From assembly GCA_965285935.1 (NCBI GenBank), contig OZ260661.1:62434001-62498000 (forward strand): a stretch of 64,000 nucleotides of DNA, in the 5' to 3' direction. How positions within the stretch are numbered: position 1 is the stretch's first letter; every line of letters starts with the position of its first letter. The notes under the pieces were generated by a model. It worked only from the letters and a program-made list of their open reading frames with translations, had not been told where the DNA came from and made no database searches. The stretch comes from Ophelia neglecta. Its lineage: Eukaryota. This document shows positions 10,879 to 23,000 of this stretch, one piece after another. The position numbers were made by a program, and so were the translations under genes.

Positions 10879-13365
10879 ACATAAAGTGTAGCTCAGTCTA
10901 TAAGTAAAACCAGGAACAGTACGACCAGCCGCCGTAATCGTATGGATTTAATGTAAAGACATTGAAAAGGGACATCCAATGGGGACAAATATGAATATAG
11001 TGTAAGTTTACAAACTAAGCAATGTTCCCCATGCGTTTAAATGTGTGTACATACAGAGTATGGTACTTTATGTAATATGAATTTTTAAATATATATCATG
11101 CAATTTTTCTACATCTACCTTTTACCCTATATGTACCGTTTGATAGATTTTTAATTATAAACGCTTTTTAAAGAAGTTTGATGATAACTGAACTTTATAA
11201 ACCATATTATCGTGAGATCTCACTCTAAACAAACTTCTCGCATACGCCAGTAGGGACAATTATAACCAATAAAAAGCCAGTTCGGGCAAATATATTGTCA
11301 GCAATTTAGGAAACAGTACACTATTCACGCAGAGCTAGGTTTCTTAGAAGGTTGTCTTTCTCTTGTTATTAACTGTTGTTCCACCCACTCGCCGTAAGGG
11401 AAATGCATTTGACAGACGAGCAGCATTACCAAATGTCTTCATCGCAGAGTTTATGCATGATATGACTGATGAAAATAAGCATTGGCCAGCTGGGGAGGTA
11501 GTATGCAACAGAAGTGTAAAAGCAACGTATTATATTATCGGTAGTAAGGCAACGAACAAAATCAGTCGGTACGGTTTAGCGCGTTTAGAGAGACGAGCCA
11601 ATGTCGCGTTTACTTGCATAATGATAGGTGCATATAGCTTTTGTGAGTCACATCTGGAGTAAATTGGTAAATCGACTGCGGAAATATCGTTTGGCAACAC
11701 CAAGAAGACAAAAACAATGTGTCTCCTTATATGCATGAGCGGCACATGATTATGATTCATTGTGTGACTATAGAGCGCTAAATAGTGAATCTTTACATAT
11801 TTATCTAATCATTACTGGAGAATAATTCACCTAGTTGAATGCAATAGCCATATTTATCTGTCTACATCTGAACCAAATTGGCAAACGTGCAAATGTGCAG
11901 TGTTTTTCCTTTAAGCTATACAGTTATTTTAAATGTACAGATATGGTAAAAATAGCCATAAAGGCATTGTATGACACTCGTCTAACTGAAAAGTGTTACA
12001 CAGCCTACTACCCTGTAATTAGTGCTAGTTACATTTATAGCTGTAAGTAATCTCTGGATCTAGTTTTCACCAGCTTTCAATCTAATACAAACATAAATGT
12101 TAACTCGTTAATATATAATTACAGTCATTGGAAATTCAAATTGACTTCACTACGTCGGGAGGTAATCCTGACGGGGACTTAGGTTATAGCGCATAGCTAT
12201 CACAAATTAAAATGCATTTTATTAATGAAGAAAAAACATCAAATTTGCTTCTATTTTCAATACAACGTGAACATAATTTGTTTCCAATCAAAATAGAAAT
12301 AAACCCAACGCAAATATAGTTCCGAATAATTAATTGATTAATGCCAATAAGATTCATTTTCAGAAGTTAACATTTTTTCCTTTTGTTCATCAATGAAACT
12401 GGTCATATTATGCCAAGATTTTCCAAATCACTAAAAACTTTCGAACTGAGGACCGAGTAGTATTCCATATAAACCATCTGAGCAATACTCATCGGCTGTT
12501 AGCATAGCAGTTCATGATATTGTTAATTTTGCTACCTACTTCGGCTATACTCATGGTAGGTTTTACTCATAAAGTATTCTTAACAAAGGGTGGCTATGAT
12601 ATTTTCCCATGTATCTATATATCATTATTACCTCCTTTTCAGAAGGGACTGTACGAGAGAAACATGTAAACGGATAGCAAAAAACTGCACTAATAGCTAA
12701 AACATCACTAAATTTTGACAAATGATAAACACGAAATGAATATATTTTTCTATGCAATACTGCCAATGAAAAAGTCCATCAAATTAACATACACTGACAT
12801 TCTTGTTGAGATCAGTACACTATAACCTTACTCATCAACACACTCAAATCAATAGCCAAGAGCCGACCAATGTTTGACCGTTTTTTATTAAACGTATAAT
12901 AAACATGAAGAGGTAGCCGCCCATTCCCTCCTTATGCTGCAGAATTGGAAGTATTTAATCTAAGTTAAATATGACATTTACAAAAAAAATTACGGCGATC
13001 TCGCCACAAGTTAAAACCGCACATTGTATTGCTCTGGCCGCACAATAATACAGGATGCCACATTGACCGATGCACAACAGCGTGTGCTAAGTCGCACTTT
13101 CAGTGTCGAAGCGTCATTAGTATTTCTTAGAGAATGGTAATTGTTCTTAGTGATATTGAATTTTTGTTAACCATAACACATAACTAATGTACCATTTTGC
13201 ACCCATGATCTGCATATGAAACCAGTGTTTCTGAATATTAATAAGCTGGCCTGACATTCCAGTTTGGTTACACATAAGTATACAGCAGATATGGTCTAAA
13301 GAAACTATCAAACACGAAAATACGGGAATATTTATATCCAGCTAGTCAAATATCGTTAGTTCTGA

Positions 13366-13872
13366 TCACTTTTTCACCTCTCCACAGTAGACGATTTCAA
13401 TGCGTACTTTAGGTTTTCCATCGGCTGTCCCTTGCTCTTCAATAGCCCTTACCACTTTCATCCCCTTGATCACTTGTCCAAATGCTACATGCTTTCCGTC
13501 CAGCCAAGGGGTTTTAGCGGTGCAAATGAAAAATTGAGACCCATTTGTATTCGGACCCTCGTTTGCCATGGACAGAATGCCTGGACCTGCATGTATCTGT
13601 TTGAAATTCTCGTCGGCAAACTTCGGCCCATATATACTGATTCCACCGAGCCCGTTGCCTTGCGTGATATCACCTCCCTGACACATGAACTTTGGCACTA
13701 TTCGATGAAAGACTGTTCCTTTGTATCCGAAGCCTTTCTCTCCGGTACACAACGCTCGGAAATTTTCGGCAGTTATCGGTGCGATGTCCGAAAATAACTG
13801 AAAAGTAATTCTGCCAACGTATTTTCCGCCTATCGATATGTCCATGTAGGTTTTTGGACGTTCGGTGGCCAT
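13366..13872 (-). CDS. PPIA: Cyclophilin A-type peptidyl-prolyl cis-trans isomerase, intronless
   Basis: 168-aa ORF with [19 protein letters not shown]…FHRI…FMCQGGD…[35 protein letters not shown]. Confidence 0.95.
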   Translation of the reverse strand: MATERPKTYMDISIGGKYVGRITFQLFSDIAPITAENFRALCTGEKGFGYKGTVFHRIVPKFMCQGGDITQGNGLGGISIYGPKFADENFKQIHAGPGILSMANEGPNTNGSQFFICTAKTPWLDGKHVAFGQVIKGMKVVRAIEEQGTADGKPKVRIEIVYCGEVKK

Positions 13873-15502
13873 GTTGATATAGTAAGGTTATGCGAAAGTA
13901 AAATGATTCATATACAAAAACGAGTTATCCAACTTTCTGCTTAAGCTTTTCCAGATTAGAATATCAGTGTCAAACGTTTCCACATTAAATAATTAGGCGC
14001 CTGAAGAACTGATTAGATATTAACAATAGCACAATTCCCTCATTGTTCTCCTTCGTCAATGTTGTTGTTGATTTTCAAACAATCTGTGGCTTATGGTGTT
14101 TATTCATATTCAGCAGTTCGAACTTTCATTTGGATCATACGCGGGTTATAACAGTGATAATACAATAGTGTTGTGACTGCTACAAAGTATCGTAAAGGTA
14201 GTGTTTATTTTCAATTAGTTTCTAATAATCTTAAGCCACAAACTTAGTTTTCCCAGCATGCATTCTTTCTTATCTCTGTTGGATAACGGAAGGTGCCACA
14301 CCGAATCACCCTTTATAATAAAAGGAATACGGATCCCCGACGATATAGAATTCAAACTATCGAGTTTAAGTAACCTTGAAACAAGTTTTAGAGGACAACC
14401 AACTGGGGTAGCCTATAATGGTAACTCCCACAATTTAACAGAGCAGCTAAGTGGAACAGTAATTAAAAATGAAGTATTTCACAACAGCATCATTAACAGA
14501 CATAATGCATATTAATTATTGTCGATGTCGAAGGTGTGTGAACGTTCGTGAAATACTTTGACTCAACAATTTCATTTTGCGTTGTAACAACCACGAGTTC
14601 TTCTGGAACAACTTTTTGTTCAGTAAACTTTGAAACCAACTCTTCTTCTATTCTATCGAAGGTATGGTTGTGGTGATTAACTATATGTTCATATTTTTTT
14701 TCTATATTACTTTTCTATATTAATTGTTGAGATGATAACTTGTCCAAAAAAACCTGAATTTATAAAATGCCTCCCGCCGGCCAGTTCAAAGTTCGGGTGC
14801 GGATCTAAAGGCTACAAGGATGATACATCCGGGTCCATCAGAAGACATGGATCCTCTTTTTCACCTCTCTTCCACATCCAAGAGTTGCAGGGCTTTCACT
14901 GGATGAATTATTACATACAGACCAGGTATATGAGGCTACCATGGTTGTTCGTACTTGCGACACCCAATTTCGTTCAGTCGGCTCTAGAAACATTACCGAT
15001 TTGACCAACTTCAGCCGACTTAGCTATTCAGTACCTTAGGATACTTGGCTCGCGCTGAGAACTCAGTGTTGACTTACCTTAATTCAAAACGGTATCGTAT
15101 TTCGTCAGTGATACAGACAGGTGCAATGAGGGATCGGTGCAAACTGGTAATCTCAATCGTAAGCTTTTGTCAACTTAAAAATTCATTTAAACATGTTTAA
15201 TAAAAAGGATTATAGTTGGGAATAGAAATGACAATAAATGTTCTTGTTTCTTGATGGATTTTAAAAATTGGTCTGTTTTATTAACGTTTAATCACGACGA
15301 GAAAGTCGAGGAAGACTCAGAAACTGCTGTATCCTAAATTTAAGCTATTCAATGCTGCTTAAAAAAAATTAGGAAATGATTTCGTGTCGCAAACATTCTT
15401 TGCATAACGGAAGTTGTTAATGTTTTTATTCACAATTAACCATCGATTATGGTATCTCTAGATACTTATTTTGGGTGTTAATTCGTGTCAATTATTTTTC
15501 AG

Positions 15503-16450
15503 ATGCTATACATGTCCTTTATATCTAGACCACCACACCACCAAATCCCCTTCTGATCTCCTCTTTGTCTGTGATACCGTCTGACGATATCTACTCAGAA
15601 ATATCTACTTCGTACTTCCCTTCGTAGCAGAGGTGATGTCCTCTACGCCATACTCGCTGACATCAACTTATTTCAGTACCACAACTCCTCAGTGAACAGC
15701 TACTAAAATTACAACCGTGGCTAAACAAACTACCATCACGGTACAGCCATCTTCTTTTTTCACAAAAAACAATCACTGGTCACCCACCTACAATCCCACA
15801 ACTAACAGCCACTTATATCACATCCACAACGAAACAGCCCACCATAACGGAAGTCCAATCTACTTGTCCACAACAAACAACCCTAGATATCCCAACCTTC
15901 CCTGCTCAACCTACATCTGAGATCACAATAAAACTATACAACCATGTACCACGAATCTCCCATCAACTTCTCCACAAAAAATAACCACAGATATCACAAA
16001 CACAACCCCACAGCTAACAGCCCCAAACAACTAACCTCAATCCTACACCTAACAACTACTATAGTCACAACCTTAACTGAACAACCCACTACAAGGAACT
16101 TAATTCCATCCCAAAAATAACAACAAATATCCCAACCACCACTCGCCAAGTGTCAACTGATATTAGTACCACAAATAAATAACCCTCATCTGCTATCCGC
16201 AACATGTAACTTAGAAAAGACGCAACTCGCGTCAAATGCCCGTTTGACCTCTAAGCCATTAAACACAAATCCTCGTCTGACAACCACTAGAAGGTCAAAA
16301 AACAAACTCGTATCCAGCATCCAAGACGTCTTCTACTCTTGCTACAACACGCCAAGCAGATACCACGGAAAACATGCCACCATTAGCCAGTGACAGTGTA
16401 TTAACTACTCATCATTCATCAAGCCAGTGCTCAATTAACCAGGCGTTATA
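15503..16450 (+). pseudogene. Degenerate Thr/Pro/Gln-rich mucin-like exon
   Basis: C/A-rich stretch after an acceptor (ttttttcag 15502). Translates to TITGHPPTIPQLTATYITSTTKQPTITEVQSTCPQQTT… but is broken by frameshifts and stops. Confidence 0.4.
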
Positions 16451-16944
16451 TGTCAGACATTTATTATATCAAAGAAAAAGTTCTGACAACCCTAGCCACG
16501 AGCAGGTCCATTAACAAAAAAAGGCGGCACTCTCCACCTTAGGCGACAGAACAGTCTTATTATCAACACTTTTATTTATATTTTGCTAAAGTATCTTTAG
16601 GAAGCTTATAAATTTGCTTGATATAGGTTATTAAAGTAGCGTTTTTATGGATTCTACAAAAACTACAAATGATACATTCGTGTTAAATGTAAAAATTTAT
16701 TTAAAACAGCGCACCTGTGCATATTTGTTCCATACGCTAAACCCTCGTCTAACAGCTGTGAATTAGAATCTGAAATAAAAACACAAATCTGTCACGAAAG
16801 CCACAAATGTGTTTGTTGAATTATTCAACCATGTAAATATGATGAAATGCTTATCGTTTATTACCTGTACCCCAAGTAGTCATTATTGATTCCTGAGTAA
16901 ATAATTATAACGTCGGTATGTGCCTGATTCTACCTAAGATCGGG

Positions 16945-16950
16945 TATAAA
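16945..16950 (+). promoter_or_regulatory. TATA box of the large secreted protein gene
   Basis: TATAAA about 80 nt upstream of the signal-peptide ATG at 17029. Confidence 0.5.
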
Positions 16951-17028
16951 TCTGGAGAGAGGCAGCTACTAAAATTTGATCCGATGTGAGATCTTTAACT
17001 GAGTAGGAGAGAGACAGAGAGGAGAGTG

Positions 17029-20000
17029 ATGAGGCTACCAGGACACAGATTAGCGCTGTTATTGACCGTGCTATGGCTAGTGTCCCTTGGCACGGCGACG
17101 AAACCAAAGGGGGAGATGGAGTCCGATCAGGATGGGTATGACTACGAATACAGAGACGAAGATGCTACATCGTAAGAAAATAACTATACATTATTTACTC
17201 TTTCAATAAAAAAGCTTTTAAAAACCAAAAATATATCGTATAGTTAATTGCAATGTCTACAACGGGACTGGGAAGCGTAACAAGCATTAAGCTTGCTCCG
17301 TTTCGTTCAATTTCAATTTTTATTTCTTTCAATATCGTTTACAATTATGGACTTGAAAATTGATGTTGTTGGGCCCGCAGCTGGAGGTGCTTGTTTAATT
17401 TGAACCGACTTAGCCCTAACGCTGATATTAGACTGTCTTCCGGGTTAATACTCCCATTTCTTTCTGACTGAATGGAAGAACATTTTTTTTGCGGCAAGGG
17501 CTTGTTGAAAGGGTTACAAGTAAACGGGCAATTCCTGGCCCAAATTTTGGACTGTCTTACGGGTTACACTCCTGTTTCGTTATGAATAAATTGAATAAGA
17601 ATTAAATCATTTGCGGCAAGGTGCTGCCCAGATGTATCAAATAAGTTGGTATAAAAAAGAAGGGATATTTTTTCGCTGAGAAAACCCCATTAAAGAAATT
17701 AAAATTAACTATAACCAAAGGCACTTGTTTGATCACTATCCGGGACCGGTAGTCACATGATCTTAACAATGGCAGGGAACAGACGTATGGCGATGTAGGG
17801 AATGGTCAGTCTTGTATAAAATGTTATTACAAGATGCCGAATCAGACGTGTAAAGAGGACAGGAGGATCGCTCCGCTGCTGACCAGCGTGAAAGTGATCA
17901 GGACAGAGCTGAAGTTTCTTCAAGCCAATACCGGCAGACTGATTAAATCAGGTAAAGTAGAACACTGGTAGAGCATCTTTGGCCTTTTAAGTAAAAGGCA
18001 GAGATAAAAGTAGGACAATGTTAGAAATATTGGCCAACATATTCGTAGTTGCATTATCTTTGATCAACTTTCTTCATATATATTTGGTTTAAACATATTT
18101 ATTTGGATTGACCGAGTAGCGCTAGGCTAATCGAGCGGCCTCTCCTAATATCATATCAATTTGCGGATATTACTATTTCTCAAATCGTGTTCTATGCTTT
18201 AAGCCGTGGAGGGGCGTCTTAGAAAGTTTGTGAAGGAAATTGGCAGTTTGAAGGCTCAGAACCGAGCTTTACAGGCAAAAACGAGGACATTATTAAATGT
18301 CGTCAGCACAACAGGTATGCTTACCGGTGTAGATTGTCTTTAAAATTTCGTTTAACAATCACTTCTAATTTTATCATTTGACTTTCGACATATTCACCTC
18401 ACCGGTTGCATTTATTTATTATCTTCTATAAAAGTGAGCGAATGGTCAACGACCATGAAGATATTTGCCAAACGCAGCACAATGTCAAGGCCAATCCCCC
18501 CAAAAGCTATAAGAACAGTAAAAACTAGACCACAGGTTTCACCAAAAGTACCAATAGGAGGAAAAGGTAGGGATCGACGAGTAATGCAACAGATTGAACT
18601 ATATTATTCATAGTCTGTCGAATTGAATTTGTAGGCATTTTTATATGAGAAACTACTATATTGTATTTTTTTATATTTATGGTTTAGCCAAATATGTTTT
18701 AATTAATTAATTGATTCATTCATTCATACCAGTCATAGCGTAATTACGGTCCCATACTAATAACTTGCCGAGCAAATTTCCCTGCTTTTTTAGGCTCAAA
18801 ACCTACTAGAAAAACATCTGCACAATACAGCAACTGTGCGCCTGGCTACCCGAAAATCAACAACGGCAAGTACATGTTGAAAGGTTATGGATCATGGCCC
18901 AAGGATAACTTCTGCCGTGACATATACCCCCGGGTTACCCGGGGTTCGTCCTATTCCTTTAGCCTCAGGGTGTTTAACCCCGGTAATAAAGGTACCTTCG
19001 GCCTCATGTACAATGTTCTCGATAAAAACAACTTCAACTTCATCTATTTCAGGTATGCCATTTTTCCTTGTCCTAGGACCCTTCACTGCTGTAGACATTT
19101 TATTTCATCGTTGCTTTTTTAAGTGTCGGCTAAAATACGCAAAATTTGATAAGCATGAGCCCACTGTTGAAATAGTTTTCTGTTTGACTTTTTTTTTATT
19201 TTACGTATCGCTAGGTCAGCCTTAGCCAATCGTTGCTACCAAGCCGGGTATATGAAAAACGGCCGTTTGAATTGGTCTGGGGATAATTCCAACAGTTGCA
19301 AAAAAGTGTTCCCTCTCAAGCTAAATACTTGGCATAAACTTCATGGACGGGTACGTGCATGACTACATAAAATGGTTAGGTTACCCCAATTGTGTTAAAT
19401 AAGACTGGTAGTCTAATGTGTCTTTCGGTAAAATATATAGGCTAGGCCTATACATATTAATGTGTACACTGATTGTTTGTTATTGCAGGTATCCGGCAAC
19501 AATGCAAAATTCTACATAAACAAACATCTGGTTGCCAATGTGAAGGGCGCATTTGGTGGAAAGGGAAGAGTAGGTGTGATCACAACTAATGGACAAAGCA
19601 ACCCTATATACTACCGTGGCATGTCCGTCAGGGCTTTTAGGCCCTCCAAGGACACAACTACGACTACCGTTGCTGGTGAATTTTCTATTTATTTCAGTCC
19701 TAGGAACTATATATATATAGTATTTTTTTTAAATCGCAATATGATTTTACAGTGTTAAACGCCTGCAAATTTGCAATTATATTATACATATATTGAAGAA
19801 CCAACCTTTTTGAAAAAAAGGAAAATAGATTATATAAGTTACTTGGCGTGACCAGTCTAAATACAGTCTTTAAGGTGACCAGTCTGTAAACACATTTGAC
19901 AAAGTGGTGAAATGAACAGTACCCTTGTGAACCAATATGATTGAATTCATGGCTGGTTGCCCCCAATAGAACTCCTATACTGTGCAGGAGTCTGTTTTTT

Positions 20001-23000
20001 TTTTTTTAACTTTTCTAGTAACATAAAAACGACATGATTTATATTTTCACTATTATAACTAAGATTATGAAAAAATAAGTGACTTGCAAATTAATAACAT
20101 GTTTATGTATTGAAGTTCATGACATTTAAACATCCAAAGATCGGTCAAATAGACATGTTTGACAATTCTAATCTACGAAACGAAGTCAAAATACCCTGAT
20201 CAATATTCATGACAGTAGGCCTATGTACTGGGCAAATGTCTGGAATATATAAGACTCTCCTGTGTATCTTTAGGTTACAGATCATCTGGCTGCGCCAAGA
20301 TGAGCAAAGTAGGAGGATACTACATTCTGGATGCCACAAGTTTGAATAGGAAATGGCCCAGGGATGGTTTCTGTAGTGCTATGTCACCCCAGAAAACTAC
20401 CGGGAGTCGCTTCAGCTTCTCATTGTATTTGTGGAATCAGATTTCTAATGGCAAAATCAACAGTGGCCACCCGGGCGTACTCTTCAACGCTAAAAACAGC
20501 AAGAATTATGATTTTATATACTTCAGGTAGGTTGCAATTCTGGATTGCAATTTACTTTTATTCAAACGGGCATACTTTTTAACGCAAAAGACAGCATGAA
20601 TTATGATTTTATATACTTCAGGCTTTCAATGTATGATTGCGCAACAGTAAGCCTGCATTGTCAAATATAAAGCCTATTTTGTTCGGGATCAAAGTCATTC
20701 AGTTGAATAAATTAAGATTCCACTATGTATGATCTTTTAAAACAGACCTCATAGCCGCAAGTCGTGCTACCAAACAGGATTTGTCAAAAACGGCATTCCC
20801 GTATTTACTGGTGCCAAGAGCGGAAAGTGCAACGGCGGTACTCCTAAGGGCAGACGCTGGTTTAAGGTGACGATCAGCGTCGACAAAAACAGGGTAACCA
20901 CGTACATTAACAACCGTAAAATTGTTAAGTTCAGGAGCCACTTCGGTGCCGGAGGGTATATGGGAGCCTTAGCCGCCAATGGCTACACAAACATTGTCTA
21001 CTTAAAGAACCTTCGCGTGCTTTCCTCAGGTATATCTAAATATACTTTGGACTAATCCGTTTCAACGATGCATTATGTGCTTATATCATGTCTCAGAAAA
21101 AGTTCTCATGAAATTTTTGGGTCTATGATCATTTAACCTGCCTATTATTTTAAAACAAAAGCACGTACTACTACTGAACTTATTGTATATTGTTTTAACA
21201 GCAAAGGTTGAAAAAGCCAAAGGTGTCATCGGAAAAATAACCAAAATAGGAAAGACTATGAAAAAACACTTTAGTGCACTATTAGGTTACAGATCAACTG
21301 GCTGCGCCAAGATGAGCAAAGTAGGAGGATACTTCATTCTGGATGCCACAAGTTTAAATAGGAAATGGCCCAGGGATGGCTTCTGTAGTGCTATGTCACC
21401 CCAGAAAACTACCGGGAGTCGCTTCAGCTTCTCATTGTATTTGTGGAATCAGATTTCTAATGGCAAAATCAACAGTGGCCACCCGGGCGTACTCTTCAAC
21501 GCTAAAAACAGCAAGAATTATGATTTTATATACTTCAGGTAGGTTCCAAATGTGGATTGCAATTTATTTTATTTAAACGGGCGTACTTTTCAACGCAAAA
21601 GACAGTACGAATTATGATTTTATATATTTCACGTTCTCAAATTAAGATTGCAAAACAGTAAGCCTGCATTGTCAAATATAAACCCTATTTTGTTCGGGAT
21701 CAAAGTCATGCAATTAAATATATTAAAATCTTACTATGTTTGTTCTTTTAAACAGACCTCATAGCCGCAAGTCGTGCTACCAAACAGGGTTTGTCAAAAA
21801 CGGCATTCCCGTATTTACTGGTGCCAAAAGCGGAAAGTGCAACGGCGGTACTCCTAAGGGCAGACGTTGGTTTAAGGTCACGATCAGCGTCGACAAAAAC
21901 ATGGTAACCACATACATTAACAACCGGAAAATTGTTAAGTTCAGGAGCCACTTCGGTGCCGGAGGGTACATGGGAGCCTTAGCCGCCAATGGCTACAAAA
22001 ACATTGTCTACTTAAAGAACCTTCGCGTGCTTTCCTCAGGTATATCTAAAGATACTTTGGACTAATCCGTTTCATCGATGCATTATGTGCTTATATCATG
22101 TCTCAGAAAAAGGTCTCATGAAATTTAAGATCTATGACCATTTAACCTGCCTATTGCTTTAAAACAAAACCATGTACTAGTACTGATCTTATTTTATATT
22201 GTTTTAACAGCAAAGGTTGAAAAAGCCAAAGGTGTCATCGGAAAAATAACCAAAATAGGAAAGACTATGAAAAAACACGCTAGTGCACTATTAGGTTACA
22301 GATCAACTGACTGCGCCAAGATGAGCAAAGTAGGAGGCTACTTCATTCTGGATGCCACAAGTTTAAATAGGAAATGGCCCAGGGATGGTTTCTGTAGTGC
22401 TATGTCTCCCCAGAAAACTACCGGGAGTCGCTTCAAATTCTCATTGTATTTGTGGAATCAGATTTCTAATGGCAAAGTCAACAGTGGCCACCCGGGCGTA
22501 CTCTTCAACGCTAAAAACAGCAAGAATTATGATTTTATATACTTCAGGTAGGTTCCAAATGTGTATTGCAATTTAGTTTATTTAAACGGGCGTACTTATC
22601 AACGCAAAAGACAGTACGAATTATGATTTTATATGCTTCAGGTAGGTTCCAAATCCAGCATTGCAATTAGTTAATTTAATCGGGCGTACATATCAACTTA
22701 AAAAACAGCAGGATATATGATTTTATAAACTTCAAGTATGTTCTCAACTTAAGATTGCAAAGCAGTAAACATGTAGAATGAAATATATAGCCATTTTGTT
22801 CGGAATTAAAATATCAAAGTCCTTCAATTAAATATATTAAGGTCACATTATGTATGTTCTTTTGAACAGACCGCATAGCCCCAAGTCGTGCTACCAAACA
22901 GGGTTTGTCAGAAACGGCATTCCCGTATTTACTGGTGCCAAGAGCGGAAAGTGCAACGGCGGTACTCCTAAGGGCAGACGCTGGTTTAAGGTGACGATCA

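Noticed and set aside
17428-17622. Two-copy ~120-bp imperfect direct repeat in intron 1
   Set aside because: Ordinary local duplication with no further structure.
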